From the NCBI RefSeq assembly GCF_001194135.2, contig NC_068989.1, forward strand, positions 86,044,964-86,090,159: a stretch of DNA of 45,196 bases. Reading direction: 5' to 3'. The notes below the pieces were generated by a model, which saw only the letters and a list, made by a program, of their open reading frames with translations, had not been told where the DNA came from and made no database searches. This DNA comes from Octopus bimaculoides. Taxonomy: Eukaryota. Positions 22,658 through 34,945 of the stretch are shown piece after piece (positions within the stretch are counted from its first letter, which is position 1; the number at the start of each line of letters is the position of its first letter). The translations under genes were made by a program, and so were the position numbers.

Positions 22658-24898
22658 AAGACAAATGTTTAGGTTTTTCCTATCAGCCTTTGGACTGTGG
22701 CCATGCAGGAGCACTGCCTTCAACTATGGAAAACAGACATAAAATAATTGTGTATGTGTGTGTATATGTATGTATGTATGTATGTATCATGCTTTTCATT
22801 TAACATCTACTTTTTCATGCTTGCATGGGTCAGATGGAAGTTGTTGAAGCATATTTTCTACAGCTGGATGCTTTTCCTGTCATCAACCCTCACCTTTTCC
22901 AAGCAAAGTAATATTTCCCTATGGAAGACTGGAAATGCACAACACCGCTTATATGATGGTTATGCTCATTTACACACAAACACACACAGGCATATACACG
23001 TGCGCACACATACACACACACACAACAGGCCTCCTTCAGGTTCTGTCTACGAAATCCACTCACAAGGCTTTGGTTAGCCTGTGGCTACAGCAGAAGAGAC
23101 TTGCTCAGCATGGGACTGAACCCATGACCACATGGCCACGAAGGAAATTCTTAACCATACAACCCCACCACCAGACACACATGAAGATTTACATACTCCA
23201 GCCACAGACGTAGAGACTACATAATCAGTTGACTTGCTAGAAATAGCAGCCAAATTTTCTTTAAGTCTTCTGTAACTATTTCTAAGTAAATACTCCCCCT
23301 GTGTGTTTTGATTAAATTTGAAAATAATCAAGAATTAGAATGGATTTAGTAAAATAAATAATTTCTCTGTTATTAAGATGGTGTCTGCAATACGACAGAA
23401 TCTATTTACATAAAATTATGAAGGAAAGTTTAAATTCAGATCAGAAGGTTTTTAAATTTTGCAAATTGGTAACATAAAAAGTGAGTGGTATCAAAAGGAT
23501 TAAATTACTTCCCATTACGTCTGTTTTTCCTGCTAGTGTAGGTTGGAGGAATACTTAAAGAGACTATACTTAATAGACAGATGCTCTTCTCATCACTAAC
23601 CCTCATTTGTTTTTTGTTTTTTGAGAAAGTGATTCTTTTTGTTTTTTTTAATTCTAATCATCTTTGAAAGCACATAGCTATCTTATTTCTTTATTTGTTT
23701 CAGTCATTAGACTGTGGCCATGCTGGGGCAGAGCCTCAAAAGATCTAGTCAAACGAATCAATTCCTATACTTTTTATTTTAAAGTCCGGTACTATTCTAT
23801 TGGTCTCCTATCCCAAACTGCTAATCTACAGGGATGTAGTCAAACCAACACCAAATGTCAAGCAATGGGGGTACAACACAAAGACGCCCTCCACCACACA
23901 TACAACAGGCTTCTACAAAATTTCAACAACCAAAAATCCCTCACAAGGGATTGGTGTGGGGCTATCGCAGAAAATACTTGTCCTGGGTGGTGTGCAGCGG
24001 GTTTGAACCCGAGGCCATGAAATTGCAAAGTGAACTTCTTTACAACACAATCATGCCTGTGCCTATTTGATAAACAGCCTTTGTTGACAGGGAATGTCAA
24101 AATAATGTCACCATTTTTTGCTGAATGCTTTCACTGGAAGACATGGAATGTAAACATCCACCCGACCTCCACAAATGCACACGACTGGTTTTCATACAGC
24201 TCGTGTAACAATTTCTTTCACATGACACCGGTCAGCCTTGTGAGTAAAATTGGAAGACAGAAACTATCTAACAGAAGAAGACCCTTGCTCAAAGTTCCAC
24301 ACAGTAAGCTAGAACTCACGATTATATTAAGAAGTGAATTCTGTATCTACTCGGTCATGCCTGCACAAATCCATCATTATTTTACCATTGCTTTAATGTC
24401 CATTTTTCCATGCTTGCATGGGTCAGATGAAGTCTTATTGAGGAAGATTTTCTACCTTGAAGCTGAATGGCTGCCCTTCCTGTCACCAACCCACACTGGT
24501 TTCCAAGCAAGGTAATATTTACCCCCATGGCCAGACATGTTTTTATGGAAGACTGAAAATTAAGTACACTGCTTCTATGATGGTGACAATCATTTCTACA
24601 ACAATCACACAATGCCAAGACAAGGAGACACGAACACACATATATGATGGGCTTCTTTCAGTTTCTGTCTACCAGATCCACTCAAGGCTTTGGTCAACCC
24701 AGGGCTATAGTAGAAGACACTTGCCCAAGGTGTTACACAGTGGCACTGAACACTGTACCATGTGGCTGGGAAGCAAACTTCTTATGCAAAAAAAAAAAAA
24801 AAGAGGTGGGGGGTGGACACACTGGAATATTTTGATGGTCATAAAAAAGAAAAGGGTTGGGGGGAGCATAGTGATAATTGCGAGAGAGTAATCCTCAC

Positions 24899-25051
24899 CA
24901 GTTTGTCGCGACAGTTGATCTCAGCATTGTGTTCTACTAACATCTGCACCATGTCCACATGTCCCATGTACGCTGCCCAGTGGATGGCTCTCCGGTCCTT
25001 CTTGTCGAAAGCATTTATTGTTGCACCTTTCTCAAGCAGTAGCTGCAACAT
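24899..25051 (-). CDS. ANKRD28: Coding exon D (153 nt, 0-0): MLQLLLEKGATINAFDKKDRRAIHWAAYMGHVDMVQMLVEHNAEINCRDKL
   Basis: Acceptor TCCTCCCAG|ATG, donor CTG|GTGAG; FDKKDRRAIHWAAYMGH is diagnostic of the family. Confidence 0.97.
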
Positions 25052-25354
25052 CTGGGAGGAAGGAAAAAGAGAAACAGAAGAGAGAATATGTGGTCAAAAG
25101 AATATTAGACATACACATACATCCGCATACATTGGCACAAATACATATGCACACACACATACACAAATACACACAAATACACACACATACATACATATGC
25201 AAATGCATACACAAGTATACGTTGACACAGATATACTTGTGCATAGACACATACATATACATTGACACAAATCCACATACATATGCATGCACATATGCAC
25301 AAACACACAAATACACACACATGTATGCATTGATACAGAATTACATATGCATAT

Positions 25355-25556
25355 AAGGCGGCGAACTGGCAGAAACGTTAGCATGCCGGGCAAAATGCTT
25401 AATGGTATTTCGTCTGCTACTACGTTCTGAGTTCAAATTCCGCTGAGGTCGATTTTGCCTTTCATCCTTTTGGGGTCGATATAATCGACTTAACTTGTTT
25501 GCCTATCCTTGCTTGTCCCCTCTGTGTGTAGCCCCATGTGGGCAGTAACGAAATAA
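25355..25556 (+). mobile_element. tRNA-derived SINE family A
   Basis: GGCGGCGAACTGGCAGAAACGTTAGC...GAGTTCAAATTCCGC (B-box-like)...GTGGGCAGTAACGAAATAA. Confidence 0.88.
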
Positions 25557-25821
25557 TTACGTGCATAGACACACATATACATATGCATACACACATATAC
25601 ATTGAAAAAATACACATACACACACATACTTATACACATATTGATGTACAGACACATACATATGCATACACATATATAAACAGATACTTATACATACACA
25701 AACATAAATGAATGCAGTCTCATGCCACAGCCATGCACTGATACCAGGGCCCTCCCTGTCTCACCCTTGTCATCACTATCTGTGCGTGTGTGTGTGTGTG
25801 TGTGTGTACGTGTGTGTGTGT

Positions 25822-25867
<46 letters not shown>

Positions 25868-26463
25868 CTCACAATCTTGTTTTCTAACAACTCAAACTCC
25901 AAGAATGCCAGCAGAGAGGTTCTAGGTTCTGATAATGTGGCAAAAATACGGCAGATTTTTCTGTGGGATTACATGTGACAAGGCTGGACTTTAGAATTAC
26001 AGGAACAATCTATTTGACGGGCCTCTACAATTAACCTTGTGATTGGCGTTAAGAAGGGCATGAAGCTGTAGAAACCCAGCCAAAACAGACTATGGAACCT
26101 GGGGTGATTTCTAGCCTTGCTGGCTCCTGTCAAACTGTCCAGTCCATGTTAGCATGGAAAATGAACGTTAAATGATGATGATGAATTTCACTGACAAGAC
26201 TTGTGGGGCTGACACAAGGCTTTAGTAAAAGACTTGTCCAAGATACCACACAATGGGAGTGAATCCAGGACATGATGATAGCAAGACAAACTTCTTAATC
26301 AGTGCATGCCTGTGTTCATACCAATCTGGAAGCTGTATAAGAGAGAGAGGGAGAGAGAAAGGTCCCATCTAGCGAGTCTGGGTTAAACCTGGGTTCTTGT
26401 CATACTGTGACGCACACACTGTTGTTGTAGTTGTTGTTTGTAGTGGTGGTGTTATTTGCTTAC

Positions 26464-26664
26464 CTTTATGTGTCCGTTGAATGCGGCATGGTGCAAACTT
26501 GTGCGCCCTGCACGATCAGACACATTTACATTGGTTAACATGGGAATCAAGTATTCTGCACATTTTACGGCATTGTTTGCAGCTGCAACGTGCAGAGGAG
26601 TCTGCCAATTTTTATCTCGCGCATTAACATCAGCCTGATGTCGAAGAAGACACTCGACGACGTC
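26464..26664 (-). CDS. ANKRD28: Coding exon C (201 nt, 0-0): [25 protein letters not shown]...[18 protein letters not shown]
   Basis: Acceptor TTTTACAG|GAC, donor AAG|GTAAG; lies within ORF 26452..26685(-). Confidence 0.97.
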
Positions 26665-26827
26665 CTGTAAAACAAATTCGAACAATCAATAGATCTATAG
26701 AACATTAAAAGCAAGCCAAAGTTTTAAAAAAGTAGCAATTATTATTATTATTTTGGGGGTCAATTAAATAAATACCAGTTAAACACTGGGATCAATGCCA
26801 TCAACTAGCTCTCTCCTGCAAAATTTC

Positions 26828-27040
26828 AGGCAAGCTGGCAGAATCCTTAGCACGCCGGGCGAAATGCTTAGCAGTATTTTGCCTGTCGCTACGTTCTGAG
26901 TTCAAATTCCATTGAAGTTGACTTTGCTTTTTATCCTTTCAGGGTTGATAAATAAAGTACCAGTAAAACACCGGGGTCAATGTAATCGACTGGTCTCTGC
27001 CCCACCCCCAATCTCAGGCCTTGTGCTTGTAGTAGAAAGG

Positions 27041-27075
<35 letters not shown>
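26828..27075 (+). mobile_element. SINE family A variant with (TTA)n tail
   Basis: Same head and B-box as 25355; ends in a TTA microsatellite. Confidence 0.85.
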
Positions 27076-27132
27076 GAAGGTAGCAAGCTGGTTGAATCAT
27101 TAGCACATTGGAGTAAACGCTTAGCAGCATTT

Positions 27133-27369
27133 TTTATTTCTTTATTGCCCACAGGGAGCTAAACATAGAGGGGACAAACAAGGACAGACAAAGGGATTAA
27201 GTCAATTACATCGACCTCAGTGCGTAACTGGTAGTTAATTTATCGATCCTGAAAGGATGAAAGGCAAAGTCGACCTCGGCGGAATTTGAACTCAGAATGT
27301 AACGACAGACGAAACACCGATATGCATTTCGCCCGGCGTGCTAACGTTTCTGCCAGCACGCCGCCTTCT
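27133..27369 (-). mobile_element. Young SINE family A inserted antisense into an older family A copy
   Basis: 13-bp TSD CTTAGCAGCATTT at 27120-27132 and 27370-27382; the host copy continues on both sides. Confidence 0.9.
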
Positions 27370-27889
27370 CTTAGCAGCATTTCTTTCAACCTTTTACATC
27401 GAGTTCAAACTTTGCTTTTCATCCTTTCGAGATCAATAGAATAAGTATCAGTCAAATAATGGAGGTTGATGTAATCAATTTGCTGGCCTTGTGCTAAAAT
27501 CTGAAACTTATTATTATTAGTCTTTACGTCTTAAGTTCAAATTCTGCCAGAGTCAGCTTTGCCTTTCATTTTACCAAAGTTGATAAAATAAGTACTACTG
27601 GGGTAGGCTTTGTGCTGATAGTAGAAAGAATTATTAGGGTATTGGTTGGTTTGGTAGGTGCTGCACAGTGGGATCCAATCTAAAACCACATGGCTGTGGA
27701 CTGAACTTCTTAACCAAAAGGCCACGCTTGTGTTGGTACAGAGTTGGTAGATGGTGCAATGAAAGTCAAAAATGCACCCAGCAGAGGAGACCCCACAATA
27801 TATGCAAGGTCTGCACCTTGGGTACTGAGCTGTCACCATACCCAGGTGACAGCCAAGTGTGAGCAGGTGAGAAATCAGAGTGTACTTAC

Positions 27890-28039
27890 ATCATTTTTCG
27901 AACAGCAAGCTCTGTGAAGAGGAGTTAGCCATCGATTGTCCTTTGTGTTGACACGTGCCCCATTCTGGAGCAATAGCTCGGTGATTTCTGGGTCACCGCA
28001 GAAAGCTGCAGCATGGAGCGGACTTCTTTTCTCGGCATC
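27890..28039 (-). CDS. ANKRD28: Coding exon B (150 nt, 0-0): [50 protein letters not shown]
   Basis: Acceptor TTTCTAACAG|GAT, donor GAT|GTAAGT; ankyrin motifs SPLH and TPLH. Not in the supplied ORF track; translated by hand. Confidence 0.95.
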
Positions 28040-28602
28040 CTGTTAGAAACAAACAAAGACAGACACCAACTACTAAAGGAGTTCATTTTTAAAACATAAG
28101 TAAAAAAATATATCCCTAAATAGAAAGAAGTAGGAAGAAGACAAAGACCAATTCTTTAATGACAAGGGGTGGATAATGGCCACAGGGTTTGGGGGATAAT
28201 GGCCCTGGGGTTAGAGCCTTGGTTCATTGTGCTCTTAGGATACTGGGTGAGTAGACGAGAAGTCAGTGGTTAGTAGAGGTGGATGGTTAAGACAATAAGA
28301 GTACTGAATGACCAGCTAACAGGTCAATGACAGGAGGTCACAGATAGCCAAAATGGCAGAGTACTGAATGGCTAGAGATGGTTCATGATCAGAAGAGCAT
28401 CAAGCTGCAGTAAAGCTGCATCAGTGATCGATGCAAGCTTGGAAATGTGGACATAAAAATGATAACACACTAACATGTGTGTGTGTATGTGCGCACACTA
28501 AATATCCCTATGCATTATCATCATCATCACTTATTGTCCACTTTCCATGAGTGTAATGGGTGCACTAATATATATATACATTTATATATATATATATATA
28601 TC

Positions 28603-28886
28603 GCCAGTGCTGCTGGACTGGCTCCCGTGCAAGTGGCACGTAAAAAACACCTTTTGAGTGAGGCCGTTGCCAGTACCATGTGACTGGCCCTCGCGCCAGT
28701 GGCACGTTAAAGCACCCACTACACTCTCAGAGTGGTTGGCGTTAAGAAGGGCATCCAGCTGTAGAAACTCTGCCAAATCAGATTGGAGCCTGGTGCAGCC
28801 TTCTGGCAGGCCAGTCCTCAGTCAAATCGTCCAACCCATGCTAGCATGGAAAGCGGATGTTAAACGATGATGATGATGATGATGAT
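28603..28886 (+). mobile_element. SINE family C with (GAT)n tail
   Basis: GAAGGGCATCCAGCTGTAGAAACTCTGCC...GGATGTTAAACGATGATGATG. Confidence 0.88.
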
Positions 28887-29510
28887 ATATATAGCATGTA
28901 AAATAGAAGAGTGTGATTTGAGGGAGAGGTAGGGCTGCTGTTTCTGTTATGCTGAAGGGACTATGAAGAGGGTCTGTTGATTAGTGATTTATAATTTATA
29001 AATGCAATTCAGTAATTAACAAAGAACATCTTGACAGCCACAAGCATTCAAATGGGATTTCTGTGCCATATGCTGTTTATCTACATTGTTCTATCTCATT
29101 ATCAATCAGACTATCAGATGTTATACACTGCTGGCCACAATGCACTTCCTCACATTGTTGTAGCTTTTGAATGAATCCACACACCAGCCAACAAGCAAGT
29201 CAGACAGTAGAATGCCAATTCATTGCAGGTTTATCCACTTACAGATGAGTGGACTGGGGCAACGTGAAATGAAATGTTTGGCTCAAGAGCTCAATGCACT
29301 GTCAGTCTGAGAATTGAAACCACAACCTTGCAATCATGAGTGAAACACACTAACCACTAGGCCACATGCCTGCACACATTTTATATATGATAGACAGATA
29401 GCTAGAAAGATAAACCATAAGGGACCGAGACAATGAGATATCCACAACAGTGAAAAGTGTTAGAAGAATGCATAGAAAAATAAAAAGGTTTGCAAGCTTA
29501 ATCCCATATA

Positions 29511-29979
29511 CAGGGTGGCCCAAAAGTAGGTTTACAGTTATCACGTAGGCACATTAAATTTCTTATTTCATTACTGCCCACAAAGGGCTACACACAGAGG
29601 GGACAAACGGATCAAGATGATTATATCGACCCCAGTGAATAACTGGTACTTATTTAATTGACCCTGAAAGGATGAAAGGCACAGTTGACCTCGGCGGAAT
29701 TTGAACTCCGAACGTAGCGGCAGATGAAATACAGCTAAGCATTTCGCCTGGCATGTTAACGTTTCTGCCAGCTCGCTGCCTTTAAATTTCGTTAAATTTG
29801 TTTTAAAACATTTTATTACATTTAAATTTCTATCTTACAAACTGAAAAGGGAGCTTGAAAAAAATTAACTAAATTAGAATAATGGTTTCATATTTTTTTA
29901 TGATTAAGATCTAAACTGTTAATATATGAATGCGAAAGAGATAATTGAATAACTGTAAACCTACTTTTGGGCCACCCTG
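29511..29979. mobile_element. Tc1/mariner MITE with perfect 31-bp TIRs and TA TSD, containing a SINE
   Basis: TA|CAGGGTGGCCCAAAAGTAGGTTTACAGTTAT ... ATAACTGTAAACCTACTTTTGGGCCACCCTG|TA. Confidence 0.93.
29563..29781 (-). mobile_element. SINE family A nested in the MITE
   Basis: 9-bp TSD TTAAATTTC at 29554-29562 and 29782-29790. Confidence 0.88.
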
Positions 29980-30552
29980 TATATACTAAAATTGTTTTTG
30001 TAAAACAAAAAATGACTGCCAAAAAGATGAGAAGAAACTGAAAATATGCCCCACCACCACCACAACCTCCCGTAACTCATTAGCCCAGATTGACAAATTG
30101 TAAGTGACCAAGTGGATAGGGGATTATCAATTGAAAGGTCAGTAGTTCATATCCTATCCTTGGCACTGTGTTATGCCCATGGCTACGACACCACAGAGCT
30201 GTAAACACAACAATGTTTTTGTAAACTATAGAGATATAAAAGTAGGTTATGATAGTGTAGTCATGGTTAACGTATGCAGGGAGAGGAGTGATTTATCTTA
30301 CATCCATTGAAAGCCTGTACAGAAACTAGAGTTAAAACAATTGCTTAGATGATCATTAAAGTCCCAGGAGGGGGACAGAGTTTTCTAGATACTCCATTCA
30401 CATGGAGCGTTTAGGTTAAGTTAGAGGTCTATGCACATGGTGCTGGTCAGAGTTGTAAGGTTTATCCACCAAATTTTTCCACCAGGAGAGGGATAGCAGC
30501 TATGATCCTTTTCAGGGACTTCAAGACTGGTTAGAAGAAGGGATGTGTGAAT

Positions 30553-30780
30553 ATGTGGTCTAGTGGAATTCTAAGATCTTAGCTTTGATTCCTGGACAAG
30601 ATGGTGTATTGTGTTCATGAGCAAAACACTTCAATGCGTGTTGCTCCAGTTCATTCAGGTGTAAATGAGTTCCAGCGATGACTGGGAAGTTAACCCTGCG
30701 ATGAACTGGCATCCCATCCAGTGGAGAAAGTCTTGTAACCTCAGTCACTTACACACCATGGAAACCAAGTCAAGCTCTGG
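30553..30780 (+). mobile_element. tRNA-derived SINE with a V-domain-like segment
   Basis: GTGGTCTAGTGG head, GTGTTCATGAGCAAAACACTT core, then CCCTGCGATGAACTGGCATCCCATCCAG (V-SINE-like by recollection). Confidence 0.6.
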
Positions 30781-31041
30781 TCTTAGGAACTTAGGGGTCA
30801 TAACAGATCTAAGAGAACTGACCTCAAAGCCTGGGGTCAGCTAAATGTGGCCAAGTGGTGATGTTTAACCAGTTACCTAAGAATGGATAACAACAATGAC
30901 TCAACAGGAAGATAGTATCTGTGTCATTTGGGTCTCAACCAAAGTCCATATGGCCCTCGCAGGTCCTTATAGAATTTTGTTGTTAAAATTTATGTGCAAT
31001 AAATTACTTATACTTCAACATACAAAATTTTTTTATACAAC

Positions 31042-31574
31042 AGGCGCGGGAGTGGCTGTGTGGTAAGTAGCTTGTTCACCAACCACATGGTTCCGGGTTC
31101 AGTCCCACTGCGTGGCACCTTGGGCAAGTGTCTTCTACTATAGCCTCGGGCTGACCAAAGCCTTGTGAGTGGATTTGGTAGACGGAAACTGAAAGAAGCC
31201 CATTGTATATATGTATATATATGTTTGTGTGTCTGTGTTTGTCCCCCCAACATCGCTTGACAACCGATGCTGGTGTGTTTACGTCCTCCGTAACTTAGCG
31301 GTTCGGCAAAANNNNNNNNNNTTGGTAGACGGAAACTGAAAGAAGCCCATTGTATATATGTATATATATGTTTGTGTGTCTGTGTTTGTCCCCCCAACAT
31401 CGCTTGACAACCGATGCTGGTGTGTTTACGTCCTCCGTAACTTAGCGGTTCGGCAAAAGAGACTGGTAGAATAAGTACTAGGCTTCCAAAGAATAAGTCC
31501 TGGGGTCGATTTGCTCGACTAAAGGCGGTGCTCCAGCATGGCCGCAGTCAAATGACTGAAACAAGTAAAAGAGT
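31042..31574 (+). mobile_element. Young full-length SINE family B (CORE-like), interrupted by a 10-N gap
   Basis: GGCGCGGGAGTGGCTGTGTGGTAAG head, GGCACCTTGGGCAAGTGTCTT core, tail GCATGGCCGCAGTCAAATGACTGAAACAAGTAAAAGAG. Confidence 0.9.
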
Positions 31575-32485
31575 AATTCCTAATACCTAATTCTCTAATT
31601 ATAAAAATAAAACAAGATTTTTTTTAACGATTAAATGGCTATGGGGGTCCATAGGCAAAAAATGGTCCTTGAGAACCACTGATCTGCATAGTTACTTGAT
31701 GCATTAGAAGTAGCAGTTAAATCACCTTCAAATTACACGTTATCCATTTTTTTCTTTTTAAGCGAACATTGGATATGGTAGCCCTGGATATGTTATGCCT
31801 GAAGAGATAAAAGTCGGCCAGTGCTAGACCACCTTTGATCATAGGCCTACTGGGTCAAGGCTGGCCTGGGGTTAAACAACACTTACATAAAATAGGTTCA
31901 GTTAATAAGAAAATCTCCATGCAAACACAGATGGTCTCTCCTGTCAAAGATGACATATGAGGGTTCAGCCTTACCGAATGACCTGCACAAAATGATTTGT
32001 TTATAGTGATCAAATGTTCGTGCTGCACATGGGTTCACTCCCTCCATCAAATTGACATTGTCTAAACAGGTGCACCGTGTACCACGCATCAGGTGTCAAA
32101 GTGATTGCAGAGCAATGCGAGACAAAGTGTTTTGCACAAGAACACAACGCACCACCTGGCTTAGGAACTGAAACCATGATCCTACGATTGTGAGTGCAAC
32201 GCTCTAAACACCAGGCCATGTGCCCTCAGGTGTAAACACAGAATCTGCAATAAATAATAGCCAAATAACCCTCACATCATGTCCTAATGTCTTTAAATAA
32301 GTGAGAACACAGACAGTGATGTCCCAGCTGAAAGCCCTTTGATTGTGTTTCTGCCGAATCAGGGGCTGATCAAAGGGGGACGATAACAACAACAAGGAAA
32401 GACACAGATTAATGTAGTCCTATGTATATCTTAGGTTCCAAAATCAACAACAATGATGACAACAACAAAATAAGAGGCACCTTAC

Positions 32486-32569
32486 CTGGAAATTAACTTC
32501 AGTCTTTTGCTGCAAGAGAGTTCGGACTTCGTCGAGGTTCTTGTGAAAACAGGCTTGCACCAGGGGTGG
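32486..32569 (-). CDS. ANKRD28: Ankyrin subunit coding exon A (84 nt, phase 0-0): PPLVQACFHKNLDEVRTLLQQKTEVNFQ
   Basis: Acceptor TTTTGCAG|CCA, donor CAG|GTAAG; resembles PSLVQAIFNGDPDEVRALIFKKEDVNFQ of ANKRD28 (recalled). Confidence 0.93.
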
Positions 32570-33353
32570 CTGCAAAATATAGAGCATCAGTTGTTCAGGT
32601 GGTTTGTAGACGTAGATAACATCATCACAATCATCATCATCATCAACAACACAGTTACTGCTGCCAGAAGTGGTAGTTTTTTCCGATAGCTTCATTGTTT
32701 GTTTTTTTGTTTTTGTTTTGGTTTTTTAGGGGCTTAGGATCTGTTTTTTTATTTTTTGCTATCTAGTTCCAAGGCAACATAACCCAGCATCCACCCATAA
32801 GAAGTATAAAGACGGATTGTATGTGGTGGTGGTGGTGGCTGAGTTAAGAAGACAGTGTTGTGAATGGAGACCACATGAATATGTACAGGTCAAGTATACA
32901 GGAATACATTGGAAGGATGCACTGTAAGATAGGTGGGGGTGGAGGTTTGGAGTAAGGAATCGTTGGGGGGGGGGCTGATTGGGTATGTGTGCGAGGGGTG
33001 ATTAAGGCATGCAGTGAGGGTGGGATGAAGAGCCAGTGGTGGTGGTGGTGGTAGTAATAGAAGTGAAAGACAGTTTGCCAAGATACTTTACACACACACA
33101 AACTCCAACATCCTTTGTGCACTCACAGAAAGTCTAGAAGGAATTAAAACATGAAAGGGAAGAGATTGATGGAAGGGAGGCAATGGAGGTAGGAAGCTGG
33201 GGGATGGAGGCTGTGCGGTCAGCAGAAGGTTAAATAGAACTTTGATGGTGGAAGATGTTTGGCTGTATAGAGGGAGCAAGTCCAAATCACTTTCCATCAA
33301 CAAACTCATACACACATGCAAGTACACACACAAAATTACATAAACTACATATA

Positions 33354-33415
<62 letters not shown>

Positions 33416-34479
33416 CGCACATTTACTTAAAATAACACAATTACACACAAACATATGTATCTATATATATACATATATACATACACACACATACATGCAA
33501 GATTACATTATTAGAACATACAAATTGATTACATACATACATGTATACATACACATCAACAAGGTGTTACTGGGTGCAAGGACAAGCGCTGAATGAGGGG
33601 AACGTGTAAAGGTCCTCTGGGCGAAAATCCCTATCTACATGGGAGGCCAGAATATGCTGCTCTGTGTGATGTACAATGTTCATGATGTCGGTGTTGATGT
33701 CATGCTGATTAAGGTGAGTATGAACAGGTAAGTATGTGGGAGGACAGCAGCATGAATGGAGGTGTGAGAGAAAGAATGAGGATGTGCGCGCACGCGTGTG
33801 TTTGTGTAAGTCTAACATTTATAGAAATCCAGCCATGCACTTAATGATTGTAGAATAGGTTCCCCAGCACCATCATCACCACCACCACCAACACCAACAA
33901 CAACAACAACGCCTTCCCCCCCAATCCTTACACCGACCCAGTCCATCATCCTCATCGATAAGCCAAAGGTCAGCGGTCGTCCGCAATAATGCTATTGGAA
34001 AATAGACACACTGCTGTGCTTTCTAATTGCACAATCATCACCAACATCACCACCATCATCATCAACACAATCATTATCATTGACATCAACACCATCACTA
34101 CGATCATCATCATCATCATCATCATCATGACCACCACCACAATTACCACCAACATCACTATCGACATGATTATTACCTGAAAGAAAAAAAAAAGATTATC
34201 TCTAAAATAATTCTTAAATAATACAGTATTTATTCTCGTTGTTGTTGGTCAACTCAAGGTTAAATGCAATCGCACGATTATGAAATAGTGTAACTACCGC
34301 TAACAGCAGCAGCAAAGGAGCCTGTAAATGGCTGCCTGATCTACAAGAAATAGCAGCTGAATTTCCCTCAAACCACACACTACTATCTTAAAAAGTGAAA
34401 AAGGTCATAGCTGGGATGCCTTTGGTCATAGATCTGCTCAATCAGGCTAAATAACAACATCACATCCAAAATGACATGA

Positions 34480-34945
34480 CATCATTATCTTTTAACGTCC
34501 GCTTTCCATGCTGGCATGGGTTGGAGGCTTGATTAAGGACTGGCAAGTCAGGAGGCTGCACCAGGCTCCAATCTGATCTGGCAAGGTTTCTACAGCTGGA
34601 TGCCCTTCCTAATGCCAACCACTCTGAGAGTGTAGTGGATGCTTTTTACATGCCACTGGCATTAACCATGCTTGAATGGTGCTTTTTATGTGGCACCAGC
34701 ACAGGAGCCAGTCAGGCGGCACTGGCATCAACCATGCTTGAATGGTGCTTTTTTACGTGCCACCGGCATGAGAGCCAGTCAGGCGGCACCGGTATCAACC
34801 ACGCTCAAATGGTGCTTTTTATGTGCCACTGGCATCGACCACGTTCGTATGGTGCTTTTTACGTGCCACCAGCATGGGGTCCAGTCAGGTGGCACTGGCT
34901 ATGACCATGCTCGTTGCCAGTGCCGCCTGACTGGCCTGTTACCAT
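34480..34945 (-). mobile_element. SINE family C with an internal tandem expansion
   Basis: Family C body followed by several reiterations of GCCAGTCAGGCGGCACTGG...ATGGTGCTTTTTACGTGCCAC. Confidence 0.82.

Larger units (their letters stand above)
3123..32569 (-). other. ANKRD28: Gene span (partial): serine/threonine-protein phosphatase 6 regulatory ankyrin repeat subunit, ANKRD28/ANKRD44/ANKRD52 family; 12 coding exons in window
   Basis: The 12 exons splice with GT-AG into one 516-codon frame of tandem ankyrin repeats. The frame is collinear with my recollection of vertebrate ANKRD28 (PSLVQA..., [56 protein letters not shown]). Invertebrates likely have one co-ortholog of 28/44/52, so the symbol is family-level. 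Confidence 0.95.

Noticed and set aside
25355-25450. tRNA-like A/B-box heads in many repeats
   Set aside because: They continue into SINE bodies in multiple copies, and I cannot fold a cloverleaf; these are not tRNA genes.
31176-31457. Exact ~135-bp duplication either side of a 10-N gap
   Set aside because: Identical copies flanking a minimal gap indicate unmerged contig overlap, an assembly artefact.
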